Below, piece after piece: positions 1 to 12,500 of a DNA stretch of 64,000 nucleotides; the stretch's first letter is position 1, and each line of letters begins with the position of its first letter. Source of the DNA: Malacoraja senta. Lineage: Eukaryota. The stretch lies in assembly GCA_038087875.1 (NCBI GenBank), contig CM075994.1, positions 124,001 to 188,000 of the forward strand, given 5' to 3'. The notes under the pieces were generated by a model. The model ran no database searches. It was not told where the DNA came from and was given only the letters and a program-made list of their open reading frames with translations. Made by a program: the position numbers and the translations under genes.

Positions 1-679
1 AAGGGAGCATGGGGAGGTTAATTGGCAAATAGGTAGAAAAGGCAACAAAGACTGGGGTGAATGTCAATAGATATTTTTAACAGAGATTGACAAATTCTAG
101 ATTTAAGGGTGTCAGAGGTTATGGGGCGAAGGCAGGAGAATGGGGTTGAGAGGGAAAGATAGATCAGCCATGATTGAATGGCGGAGTAGACTTGAGGGGC
201 CGAATGGCATTATTCTGCTCTGAGAACTTATGAAGTTATGACATGATCAACTAGCACAGTGCAACATCATCATCATTTGCATTTTAACAGGCGTGTACTG
301 AACTTCAAGCACTTACACAATTGCATGAAGGGGTGAAATGTAAAGCCGGAGGAAGGGGTATAGGTGGAAGGGGACAGGGGGAAATGGGATATAAGAAGGA
401 AATGGAGACTCAGAGTTGAAGATAAGGGATAGAAAGGGAATGAGGAGGAATGTCATCAGCCAGAGGGTGGTGAATCTGTGGAATTAATTGCCACAAACAT
501 CTGTGGAGGACGTTATTGGGTAACTTTAAGGTGGAGATTGATAGAGTCTTGATGAGTACAATTGTCAGCGGTTATGGGGAGAAGGCAGGAGAATGGGTTC
601 AAGAGGGAAAGAATGACGGAGTAGACTCCTTGGGCCGAATGGTCTAATTCTCGCATGACTTAGCAATTCTCGCATAACC

Positions 680-1612
680 AATCAAATCTGTTTAACCTTA
701 CCCACTGCCTCGAGGATATAAAGTGTTGGATGGCCAGAACTTCCTCCAACTAAACGAGAGTAAGTCTGAGGTCATCCTTCTCGGCCCCTCGGACTCAATC
801 AAAATGATAGCAGGCAGCCTTGGAAGCCTTACCCCACTACTCAAACCTCACGTCAAAAACCTTGGCGTGATATTTGCCTCAGCACTGAAATTTGACAAAC
901 AAGTCAATGCCGTGGTAAAAGCTAGCTTCTTTCAGCTTCGGACGATAGCTAAAATAAAACAATTCCTCCAGTTTGATGACCTGGAAAAGATCATCCACAC
1001 ATTCATCTCCTCCCGCCTAGATTACTGCAACTCCCTTTACACTGGCATCAGCCAATCTTCCCTGTCCCGCCTGCAACTGGTCCAAAACGCCGCAGCGAGA
1101 CTCCTGACGGGCACCCGAAAAAGGGACCGCATCACCCCGATCCTGGCCTCTCTCCACTGGCTCCCTGTGCGGTTCCGTATAAACTTCAAGATCCTCCTCC
1201 ATGTCTACAAAGCCCTCAATGGGCTTGCCCCCACCTACATAAAAAGTCTTCTCACCCACCACTCCACCTCCAGGTCCCTCAGATCCACCGACTTGGGGTT
1301 GCTGAATATCCCACGGGCTAGGCATAAGCTCAGGGGTGACCGCGCCTTTGCGGTTGCAGCCCCTAGACTGTGGAACAGCATCCCCTTTCCCATCAGAACT
1401 GCCCCCTCCATCGACTCTTTTAAGTCAAGGCTAAATACTTATCTATACTCCCAAGCCTTTCCTGACGTCCTCTGAGTGAGCGCTACATGTATATATGTAT
1501 GTAGTTTGTTTTGTTTGTGCTATTCTTATAACAAATGTAAAGCAATTTGGCCAACGAGAGTTGTTTTTTAAATGTGTTATATAAATAAATGTGACTTGAC
1601 TTGACTTGACTT
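680..1612 (+). mobile_element. L2 LINE, 5'-truncated 3' fragment
   Basis: ORF 723-1475 has L2 ORF2 C-terminal motifs (SRLDYCNSL, LQLVQNAAARL, LHWLPV, PRLWNS); ends in a (GACTT)n tail. Confidence 0.9.
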
Positions 1613-1619
1613 ATGAACA

Positions 1620-2790
1620 TGAAATGCAGGAAGGAGGGGGTAGGAGCAGAGTGACCAAGGGGGAGGGATAAGGTGGGAGGTATGCATGGGAGTGGGGACG
1701 GGGAAATATGGGATGATTGGAGGAGGTGCTATTTGAATTTTGAAAATTCAATGTTCGTACCATTGTCTTGCAAGCCAAGGAGTTTTGTGCATGCATTTGT
1801 GAAATTGCAAAACCATTGGCGATTTACAGTGGGGTACAAGTAATTTTCTTTGAAGTTAGACACAAAATGCTGGAGTAAGTCAGCGGGGACGGGCTGCATA
1901 TCTGGAGAGAAGGAATGGGTGACATTTTGGGTCGACACCCTCCTTCAGCCTGTCAGCAGAGAGGGAGACACAGAGGTAATGAAGTATAAGGTGTGAAAAC
2001 GAGAGATCAAATGGGACAAAGCTCAAGGAAAATGTGGAATGGATCATTGTTAGCAGAGGGGAAGGTGACAAAGAGGCATACAATGTCAAATTTATCCAGG
2101 GGACAGTGAAGAATTGGGGGAGAAATGGAGAGAGAGGGAAAGCAAGGGTTACTTGAAGATAGACATAAAATGCTGGCGTAACTCAGCGGGACAGGCAGCA
2201 TCTCTAGATAGAAGGAAAGGTAATGTTTGGGTCGAGACCCTTCTTCAGTATAAAGAAGTATCTCGACCCAAAATGTCACCCATTCCTTCTATCCAGATAT
2301 GCAGCCCGTCCCCGCTCAGACCAAAGGGTCTCGACCCGAAATGTCGCCTTCCTTCTATCCTTAGATGCTGCCTGCCCCGCTGAGTTACTGCAGCATTTTG
2401 TGTCCATCATCGGTGTGAACCAGCATCTGCAGTTCCTTCCTACACAAGGGTTACTTGAAGTTAGAGAAATCAATGTTCATACCGCTGGGGTGTAAGCTGC
2501 CCAAGCGAAATATGAGATGCTGTACCTCCAATTAGCGCTGGGCCTCACTCTGACAGTGGAGGAGGCCCAGGACGGAAAGGTCAATGTGAGAATGGGAAGG
2601 GGGAGTTAAAGTGTTTCGCAACTGAGAGATCAGGTAGATTTGAGCGAAGGTGTTCAGCAAAACGATCGCCGAGCCTGCGCTTGGTCTCACCGACATACAG
2701 AATTCCACACCTGGAACGGCGAACACAGTAGATGAGATTGGAGGAGGTGCAAGTGAACCTCTGCCTCACCTGTAAGGCAGGGAGTTCTGA
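1620..2790 (-). mobile_element. Penelope-like element fragments (GIY-YIG end plus pLTR copies, partly inverted)
   Basis: FTCTSSNLIYC..C..LYVGETKRRLGDRFAEHLRS on the minus strand; several hammerhead-type pLTR motifs. Confidence 0.85.
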
Positions 2791-2874
2791 GCGTGTATGC
2801 ATGAAATTGCAAAGCCATTGCTGGTGTTTTGCCAAGGGGTTGCAAGTTATTTTCTGTTCCTGGGCCTCTTAACA

Positions 2875-3450
2875 TAGAAAATGGTGGCTGTTCGAGCCAG
2901 CACCACCATTCAATATGACCATGGCTGATCATCCAAAATCAATTCTCCCCATATCCTGCTTTCTCCCCATATCCCTTGATTCCGTTAGCCCTAAGAGCTA
3001 AATCTAACTCTTGAATACACCCAGTGAATTGGCCTCCACTGCCTTCTGTGGTAGAGAACTCCACAGATTGACAACTCTCTGGGTGAAAACGTTTTTCCTC
3101 ATCTCAATCCTAAATGGCCTACCCCTTATTTTTAAAACAGTGACCCCTGGATCTGGAATCCCCCAACATCTGGAACATTTTTCCTGCATTTAGCCTGTCC
3201 AATCCGTTAAGAATTGAATATATTTCTATGATCTCCTCTCATCCTTCTGAATTCCAGTGAATATACTGTAAACCCAGTCGATCCGTTCTTTCATCATATG
3301 TCAGTCCTGCCATCCCGGAATTTAGCCTGGTGAACCTATGCTGCATCCCGGAATTTAGCCTGGTGAACCTATGCTGCACTTCAATAGCAAGAATGCCCTT
3401 CCTTGTAATTAGGAGGCCAAAACTACACACAATACTCCAATTGTGGTCTT
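2875..3450 (-). mobile_element. CR1 LINE 3' fragment with an internal 34-bp tandem duplication
   Basis: CR1 C-terminal motif FTQRVVNLW and CR1 3' UTR. Confidence 0.85.
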
Positions 3451-4883
3451 ATGGGCCTCGGTGTGGGAAAGTGAGCAAACCCTATATTTGCATTTCACCC
3501 TACACTTGTGAACTTAGCATCGACACTGGGCGGCACGGTGGAGGTTATTGGTTTCAAAGCACTTTAAAAAATTGAACTATCTTTTCAAACTGTTTTAATC
3601 TTTTAAAAAACAGGGTCTTTTTAAGCCTTAACTTGTTTGTTTATTTTGCATATGTTGTGTCAAAGCCATTAAAATGACCTGCGCTGTTATAAAAGCTCTT
3701 TGAGTATATTTGAATATATGCAAATATTTGCAGGGTTTTTCTGGGTGTGGAGGAATATCTCAGATGACTCTCAGTCTGAAGTAGGGTCTTGACCCAAAAC
3801 ACCGCCTATTCCTTTTCGCCAGAGATGCTGCCTGTTCCGCTGAGTTACTCCAGCATTTTGTCTATCTTCCATGTAAACAAAAGACAGCTGTGGTATCATT
3901 TTACTGACATTAGTTTTATGAAAATACCTCATCCTAGGCAGGCTCTCTTGTTAGAAACCTGGAGAATTCTCTGGTCAGAGCCTGATTATGAGAGACTGCT
4001 ACTTCACAGAAAGACATTGAGTTATATTGAAGGTTATTAGGGGTGGAAACACAACTGACAAACTAAAACATGATGATCATCTGATTTCCCATTGTGTGCC
4101 TTCTTGTTACTTGCTTGCATTCTGTTTTGTTCCATGGCTGTACAATCTCACTTTAATCACACAGCCTGCTTTGTCAATGCTGTATCAGCATTGAAAATGC
4201 TGTATCAGCATCAAAAATTATTGGCTTACCCCTACCATCCCTTGAATCACTTTATCACAAACGGTCACTGCACAGAGCCCGCAAGATCATCTCTGATCCT
4301 ACCCACCCTGCACACTATGCCTTTCAGCTACTGCCCTCTGGGAGGCGTTACAGGTCAATTGCCTCCAAAACAAGCCGCCTCAAAAACAGTTTCATTCCCA
4401 CTGCAATTAACATTTTAAACTCTGTACGGTGAGGAATAAGAATAAGCATGGCACTTATGTATTATGTAATGTGTCTGTCTGTATGTACATCTATGTTATA
4501 AGTTTAATGTTGATGAAATGTTGGAACCTGTACCGAGCTGTACTGATAACAAATTCCACCAGCCTGGCTGTGTGGTCATTAAAATATACAATACAATACA
4601 ATACAATCTTAATTTTCAAGTTCAGTCAAAATGGTCTTTATTAATGTAGGTCTTGTGATACCGATACACCGTTGTTTCTTTTTAGCATTTTGTGAGTCAA
4701 CCAGTTAACATAACAAAGCAATTTATTAGTAAAATATATATAGATAGGCAGTGCTTTTATACCCTGTGTGCTATTCACATGAAGCAGCTTCATCCACCAC
4801 AATATAGTAAGTATATGGAGAGACTGGTAGGTAATGGGGCAGAATTCCTAAAGAAACATGCATTCCAATATTACATAAGCCAA

Positions 4884-5190
4884 GGGCGGCACGGTGGTGC
4901 AGCAGTAGAGTTGCTGCCTCACAGCACCAGAGACCTGAGTTCGATCCTGACTACGGGTGCTGTCTGTGCGGAGTTTGTACGTTCACCCCATGATCTGCGT
5001 GGCTTTTCTCTGAGATCTTCAGTTTCCTCCCACACTCCAAAGATGTACAGGTTTGTAGGTTAATTGGCTTGGTATAAATGTAAATGATCCCTAGTGTGTG
5101 TAGGATAGCATTAGCGTGCAGTGATCGCTGCACGGCACGGACACGGTGGGCCGAAGGGCCCTTTTCCACACTGTATCTCTAAACTAAACA
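4884..5190 (+). mobile_element. tRNA-derived V-SINE (HE1-like). Further copies at about 13425-13710, 14082-14388, 28829-29160, 31775-32102, 33035-33320, 33915-34350(-), 38335-38630, 40123-40428, 41770-41990(-), 42138-42860
   Basis: tRNA-like head with A/B boxes (GGTGGCGCAGCGG, GTTCGATCC), V-domain core, CR1-like tail ending in (TAAAC)n. Confidence 0.9.
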
Positions 5191-5267
5191 ATATATTACA
5201 TTTTACTCAGCGATTAAGAAACTACTAGTAGAGATACGCATTTCATGCAGCTTGTTCCAAGGAATAG

Positions 5268-5727
5268 TCAAGTCAAGTCAAGTCAAGTGAGTTTATTGTC
5301 ATGTGTCCCTGATAGGACAATGAAATTCTTGCTTTGCTTCAGCACAACAGAACATAGTAGGCATTGACTACAAGGCATTCTATAAATATATACACACATG
5401 AATCAATATACTGATAAAGTGCAAATAACAGTATTGGCTAATAAAGTTCAGTGTTATGTCCGAGCCAGGTTTAATAGCCTGATGGCTGTGGGGAAGTAGC
5501 TATTCCTGAACCTCGTCGTTGCAGTCTTCAGGCTCCTGTACCTTCTACCTGAAGGTAGTAGGGAGATGAGTGTGTGGCCAGGATGGTGTGGGTCCTTGAT
5601 GATACTGCCAGCCTTTTTGAGGCAGCGACTGTGATAGATCCCCTCGACGGAAGGGAGGTCAGAGCCGATGATGGACTGGGCAGTGTTTACTACTTTTTGT
5701 AGTCTTTTCCTCTCCAGGGCGCTCAAG
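5268..5727 (-). mobile_element. Rex1/Babar LINE 3' fragment, split by the Crack-like LINE and resuming at 10479-10560
   Basis: RLQKVVNTAQSIIG...DPHHPGH..LPSGRRYRS..RFRNSYFP; the sequence joins across the insertion as gcgctcaag|ttgccgaacc. Confidence 0.85.
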
Positions 5728-8700
5728 CTCGGAGCCGAGTGGTACCAGGCCGGGCCGGTGTGTGTGTGTGAGAGAGACAGACTAGCCAGCCGAGAGCAAG
5801 CCCGGGCTTGCCGGGCGCTACCAGGCCGGGCCGGTGCGACAACCGCGGCGGGAGAGAGAGGGAGAGAGAGAGAGAGAGAGAGAGGCGACCCGAGAGCCCG
5901 GGAACAGGCAACAGGCAACAGGCAACAGGCAACAGGCGGCGGGCCGGGCCGTGCGGTGGCGGCGGCGGCAGCAGTTTATGGAGAGAAATGACGTGAACAG
6001 TCAAATGGGAGACTGTCAGAATTAAGTGTTAAGAGTTAAGAATTAAGCAGGAGATGGCGGCGGCCGAGCACGAGCGCATCCTGCAGGAGATCGAGAGCAC
6101 AGAGTCGGCTTGCATCGGGCCCACGCTCCGTCTAAGGAGAGCGATTATCCGAAGCTGAAAGAAGTTGAAGGCTGAAGGCTGTGTCGTCGCTGCGGACAGA
6201 CGGACGGACGGACGGAGCTGAGCAGTCAAAATGCCACCAAAGAAGAACGAGGAAATTGAGGATATAAAGAAGGCGCTTGATTTTCTGTCTGAGGAGATGG
6301 CTACTGTCTCTAAGCAACAGAAAATGATAATTAATTTGATGAGTGAAATTAAAGAACTGAAAAAACAAAATGAGGAGAAGGATAAGAGGATCGCCAGCCT
6401 AAAATGCCATGTAACAGACCTGGAGCAGTACACCCGCATGAATGACATTATTGTCAGTGGACTGGAGACCAGGCCCCGGTCCTACGCCAGGGCGGTAACA
6501 GCAATGGCCGATGGGGAGCCCACCGCTCCAGACATGGACTCCGTGGAGCAACAGGTAACTGCTTTCTTTCATAGCAAAGGCATATCCATATCCAACACAG
6601 ACATTGAAGCATGTCATCCTTTACCTCGAAAAAACCAAAGTGTCAAACCAGCCATAATAATTCTTTTTACGAAAAGAAAACACAAAAATGCATTGCTCAG
6701 ACAATGGAAAAAGCTCAAGGGATCTGATGTTTATGTGAATGAGCACCTTACAAAAAAAATGCAGATATCGTCAGAAGCGCACGCATCCTAAGGTGTTCAT
6801 AAAGCTAAACGGATCAGCAGAGGAGGCTAAAGTGCTGACCATAAGATACATCGAGGAGCTGGACAAGTACCAGTGACTCCAGAACAGTGACTGTGTCTAT
6901 CAGTGGGATTGACTTGAACTATTACGATCATGGACTCTTGTGAAGAGTTTGACTGTTTAAACTTGATAACAGCTGGAAATGAAAGGGACAATGATGACTG
7001 TGATGGTTGGAACTTTAAATCATTTAAATTCACTGATCATAATATGCATGATTTTGAACAAGATATTGACCCTGAAAATAATTTTCTTAATAATATAAAC
7101 AATAACTGCTGTTATTACTCTGAAGATCAATTCAACATGAACATAAAATCAGATCATGGAATGTCAATAATTCATTTCAATAGAAAAAGTTTATATGCAA
7201 ATTTTCACAACATCAAGGATTACTTAAGTCATCTAAACAAACCATTCAATGTGATAGCCATATCTGAGACCTGGCTTAGTACTGAAAAGGGTGTGGATTT
7301 TGAGTTAAATGGATATGAACTGAATTACATAAATAGGAAAAATAAAAAAGGAGGAGGGGTGGCTTTGTATGTAGATAAAAGATTAAATTATAAAATAGTG
7401 GAAAATATGACAACTAATATTGATGATGTGATGAAGATTATTACTGTAGTAATCTACCTGAAAAAAAAGAAAAATGTACTTGTAAGTTGTGTATACAGAG
7501 CACCTGGTTCCAATATTGAAATATTTAAGAATAGTATGGAAAGATTGTTTGCCAAGAAAGATCACAGAGTTGTGTTCATTTGTGGGGATTTTAATTTAGA
7601 TCTCTTAAATCCCAACAAGCACAGACAGACTGATGAATTTATCGATGTATTGTTCAGTATGAGTTTTTTTCCACTTATCACCAAACCAAGTAGAATAACA
7701 TCTCACTGTGCAACTCTAATAGACAACATATTTACAAACAGTATGGACAACAACATAAAGAGTGGGTTACTATTAAATGACATCAGTGACCATCTACCGG
7801 TTTTTGTAATGTTTGTTTGTGATTCTGTTAAGTGTAAGGATGTTAATAAGATTAGATACAGGAGAGTAAGAACAGAAGAATCTATAAATAAATTTAGAAA
7901 TGTATCACTGACCCAAAATTGGAAACATGTGTTTAAAGAGGCTGATACCAACAAAGCGTATGAAACATTCCTGATAATATTTAAATCATTATATGATGAA
8001 CACTGTCCTTTGAAACTACACAACAAGAAGCAAAAATATATAGATAGGCCATAGATGACAAAAGGACTACAAAATGCATGCAAAAAAAAGAATATCTTGT
8101 ATAAAGAATTCATAAAATTCAGAACTATAGAAGCAGAAATTAAATACAAAAGATATAAAAACAAATTGACTAGTATTATGAGGACATGTAAGAAAGATTA
8201 TTATAATAAAATATTAAACGATAATAAAAATAATATCACGGGCATATGGAATGTGTTAAATAATATTATCAGGAATGGATCAATGAATATAAACTACCCT
8301 CAGTATTTTGAAGACAATGATACAACAGTAAGCGATATGAATGATGTGGTTAATAGGTTTAACAAATTTTTTGTAAGTGTGGGACCAAAACTGGCAGAAG
8401 AAATCGATAATCCACAGTCAGAAGAAGGAGAGGGGAAGGTTGTGGATTTGTTAGACAGCAACCCAAACTCAATGTTTTTGAAAGCAGCTGATGAAAAGGA
8501 GATTATTTACATTGTTAGTAATTGTAAGAATAAAAGGTATCTACAGACTGGAATGACATTGATATGGCTTTAATCAAGGTAGTCATTGGTGTAATTGTAA
8601 AACCCTTAACTTATATTTGCAATTTATCTTTCAAAACTGGTGTATTTCCATGTAAAATGAAAACTGCCAAAGTCATCCCACTATACCAAGCTGGAGACAG

Positions 8701-10478
8701 AAATCAATTTACAAATTACAGGCCGGTGTCGTTACTCTCTCAGTTCTCAAAAATATTAGAAAAACTGTATGTAAGTAGATTAGATAACTTTATCGAGAAG
8801 CACGAATTGCTAGTTGATAGTCAATATGGATTCAGGTCAAACAGATCGACATCCATGGCATTAATGGAGTTAATTGAAGACATTACCAGTTCTATAGATA
8901 ACAAGAAATATGCAGTGGGTGTATTTATAGATTTGAAAAAAGCATTCGATACGATTGATCATCATTTGCTAATCAAAAAACAGGAAAAGTATGGAATCAG
9001 AGGGGTTGTACTAGAATGGATGAGAAGCTACATAAGTAAAATACATCAGTTTGTGCAAATAGGGGACTGCAAATCAGCATGCTTAGAAATAACTTGTGGA
9101 GTCCCACAGGGGTCGGTTTTGGGCCCCAAATTATTTATTTTGTATATTAATGATATATGTAGGGTGTCAAACCTCTTGAAATTTGTGTTATTTGCAGATG
9201 ACACTAATATTTTCTGTGATGGGGACAATTTGCAGCAGCTTTTGGAGGTGGTCACAGCAGAAATGAGTAAACTAAAAACATGGTTTGATTTGAATAAATT
9301 ATCATTAAATTTAAACAAAACCAAACTTATGTTGTTTGGAAAATGCAAAATAAATACACAAGTAAAAGTAATGATAAATAATGTTGAAATAGAAAGAGTG
9401 TATGAAAATAAATTTCTGGGTGTGATTCTTGATCACAAAATCTGCTGGAAACCCCATATAAAACATGTGAGAGCAAAAGTAGCACGGAGTATTGGAGTGA
9501 TGGGGAAAGCAAGGCATGTTTTGAATGAGAGAGCACTGTATATTCTGTACAGCTCACTTGTGTTACCGTATTTAAATTACTGTGTGGAAGTATGGGGCAA
9601 CACCTACAAAACCACCTTACAATCACTAAGCACACTACAAAAAAGAGCTATTCGTATAGTAAACAATGTAGGATATCATGAACACACCAATATACTGTAT
9701 TTAAAATTACACACCTTAAAGATTAAGGATCTGGTAGAATTTAAGACTACACAAATAATTTATAAAGCAAAAAATAAACTGCTACCTGTAAACATACAAA
9801 AACTGTTCAGAGACAGAGAGGGGGGTTATAACTTTAGAGGGAAACTAAACTTGAAACAGCATTATGCTCGGACCAATTTAAAAAGTATGTGTATTTCCAT
9901 TTGTGGGGTGGTTTTGTGGAATGGTCTTGACGAAACGATTAAACAAAGTATGAATATAATGCAATTTAAAAAAATGTACAAAAGATATATCTTTGAAAAG
10001 TACAGTAATGAGGAAGGAGAATGTAAATCTCACAGATGTTAATGGTGCTTGTTCTTTTTGTTCTTTTCTTTTTTTGTTCTTTTTTTCTTAATAGCTTGAT
10101 TGGAGTAGTTTTATTTGAATTGTCTGTTTAGTTTATTTTATTGAATTTTGCATTTGTTAATGGTGAAGAATGGGGGTAGGACTTGACAAGCATAGGCTTC
10201 TTCCTATCCCTTTTCGAACGAGTCTGTGTATTATGTTGAAATTGTCTTTTGATTTTTTAATTTATGTATGTACATATATGTTATGTATATGTGCATGTGT
10301 GTATATGTATGTATGTATATATGTACATGTATATGTATGTATGTGTGTATGTATTTATGTATATATATATATGTATATATATAATTTTCCTTTATTTATT
10401 ATTCATTTTCATCTTTTCTTTTCTTCTTTTTTTTAATCGTTCGAAAAAAACACAAAAAAACAACAACAAAAAAAGAAA
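5728..10478 (+). mobile_element. Near full-length Crack/Daphne-like (L2-group) LINE: GC-rich 5' UTR, ORF1 6231-~6876, ORF2 (APE endonuclease plus RT) 6930-10042, 3' UTR and A-rich tail
   Basis: ORF1 coiled coil and LEQYTRMNDIIVSGL; ORF2 motifs SETW, GGGV, GDFN, IDNIF, SDH, QYGFR, DLKKAFD, GVPQGSVLGP, FADD. One stop at 8052 and frameshifts near 6750 and 8540. Confidence 0.9.
6054..6158 (+). pseudogene. EXOC6B: Captured EXOC6B/EXOC6 (Sec15) first-exon fragment forming a uORF in the LINE 5' UTR
   Basis: Translates as MAAAEHERILQEIESTESACIGPTLR, versus recalled vertebrate EXOC6B AAEHERILREIESTDTACIGPTLR. Confidence 0.8.
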
Positions 10479-11079
10479 GTTGCCGAACCAGGCCACGATG
10501 CAACCGGTCAGCATTCTCTCTACTGTGCACCTGTAGAAGTTAGAGAGAGTCCTCCTTGACCAAATAGTTCACATTGATAACATTTGCTTTGTCTGTCTGA
10601 ATAGTTAGCAGGGCTATTTTGCTTTTATTGCATTTACAGTATTTGCATCTGACGAATAGCAGGACCAAGCATATTTCTCACTCCAGTGATGTCAAGCAGC
10701 TGAGCTAATAATTGTTTTTTTCTTCCCCCAAGTGTGATTTTCCAGTTGTTGCAGGGTGTGGGATGCAGAGCAAGATGTAGTCACAAATCCATACAAAGGC
10801 GTGGGTTTTCTCCGAGTGCTCCGGTTTCCTCCCACACTACAAAGGAAGAAGGGTTTCGGCCCGAAACATTGCCTATTTCCTTCGCTCCATAGATGCTGCT
10901 GCACCCGCTGAGTTTCTCCAGCATTTTTGTGTACCAAAGGATATATATAACCTGTTTCCGCCCTGTATCTCTAAACTAAACTAAACTAAACTAAAGCTCA
11001 TGACATCAGTCCGGGCTCACCCTCCAGTAATTGGCCCTGAGTTGGTTAATGGTTTATTTATTGTCTTTTGGACCAACCC

Positions 11080-11356
11080 CTTTTCCGGGGTTACGTCCGT
11101 GCACGGGTGGTACTGGAGAGGGACTACACGCAGTCTACGGGCACCCTGGGGAATTTTCGGGACTGTTGGGCACCGCAGTGGGTGGAATGCATCCTTGACA
11201 TCGATTGCAATATAGTTGTGTAATACTCCGTATATTTGATATTTAAGAAGATCTGTTTTACTTACACGAAAGTGGTGGGTTTGTTTGAATTGTTTAGTAT
11301 TATAAATATTGTAAATAATTGAATAAATCTAATTTTGGTTTAAATTAAAAAAAAAA
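11080..11356 (+). mobile_element. Tx1-clade LINE 3' end; a second copy at about 12530-12806
   Basis: LFRGYVRARVVLERDY..STGTL..FRD.WAP C-terminal motif, AATAAA and A tail; the two copies align to each other. Confidence 0.7.
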
Positions 11357-11974
11357 CAGAACCAACCTTCTACGAATACCCTTAACGTACATAATGCCAC
11401 TTAGAAAATAACATTTGGTATTATCTTTAAAAATGTCTGTGTCCTTTGACCGGCTCAGACTGGCCCATAGAAAGTTGAAAAGTATGTTTTGGTACGCGAA
11501 AGAAGAAATGGCACTTACAATAAAATGAAGATAGGCACAAAAAGCTGGAGTAAGTCAGCGGGACATCTCTGGAGAGAGGGAATGGGTGACGTTTTAGGTT
11601 GAGACCCTTCTTCAGACTGGTTAGGGATAGGGGAAACGAGAGATACAGGCGATGGTGTAGAGATATAAAGATCAATAAATGAAATATATGCAAAAAAGTA
11701 ACGATGATAAAGGAAACAGGCCATTGTTGGCTGTTTGATAGGAGAAAACGAGAAGCTGGTGCGATTTGGGTGGGGGAGGGATAGAGAGAGGGAATGCCGG
11801 AGCTACCTGAAGTAAGAGAAATCATGAAACTAGATCTAAAGGGTAACATCTGCCTCACTGTCACTGGGTGCGATTGAAATGCATTTGCTAATCCGTATCT
11901 TCCTGAGGTGCCTGATCTATGATTATCGTTGGACCATCTGAAAAGGTTAAAGGCTCGATGGCCTGCAGGAAAGG

Positions 11975-12500
11975 TAATCACGGGCAGGCGGTTACTGGCT
12001 TTCGTTACCGGAAGCGGGGACCGTGCGGCTACCGCGGGAGCGCCACGCGGATTTGTCCCACGAGCATGTGGTAAGTTCAATCTTACCGGAAGCTGTTGCC
12101 GCGCGTATTCCGGGTGGTCACCGCACGGCCTGTCCCACGGGCCAACTGGAATGGATGTCGCGCGGCGTCGGCTGAAGACGTCATCGCATCAACGCAACGC
12201 GCTACGTGATGACGTCGAGACGGCTCGCGGCACACTGGCGGTGCTCGCGGTGCTCGTGGCGCACTGGCGGTGCTGTGGCAGTGCTCGTGGCGCACTGGCG
12301 GCGGCTGTGCGGAAGGCCAACATTTTTGAACGGCGTCGACTTTTTGTGAGCACCGCGTGGTGTTGAGACCAACTACATACGGTCCCGGCGGTGTGCGTGG
12401 GACCGACCCCGCGGGCCATGCGCGGTCTCTGGTGGTCCACGAGCGTTCCCAACTTCCTGCTACACTGCCAGTAACCGCATACCCGTGGGACAGGCCTTTA
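11975..12500. mobile_element. GC-rich non-autonomous DNA transposon (PIF/Harbinger-like MITE)
   Basis: Imperfect terminal inverted repeat (cacgggcaggcggttactggc versus gccagtaaccgcatacccgtgggacaggcc-tta) and an internal copy of ggcctgtcccacggg. Confidence 0.5.

Noticed and set aside
4884..4960. tRNA genes at SINE heads
   Set aside because: A/B boxes continue into the V-SINE core and tail; no intact cloverleaf
6054..6158. A genuine EXOC6B gene starting here
   Set aside because: No GT donor with consensus context at the expected position, no further exons recognised in the window, and it lies within a LINE insertion
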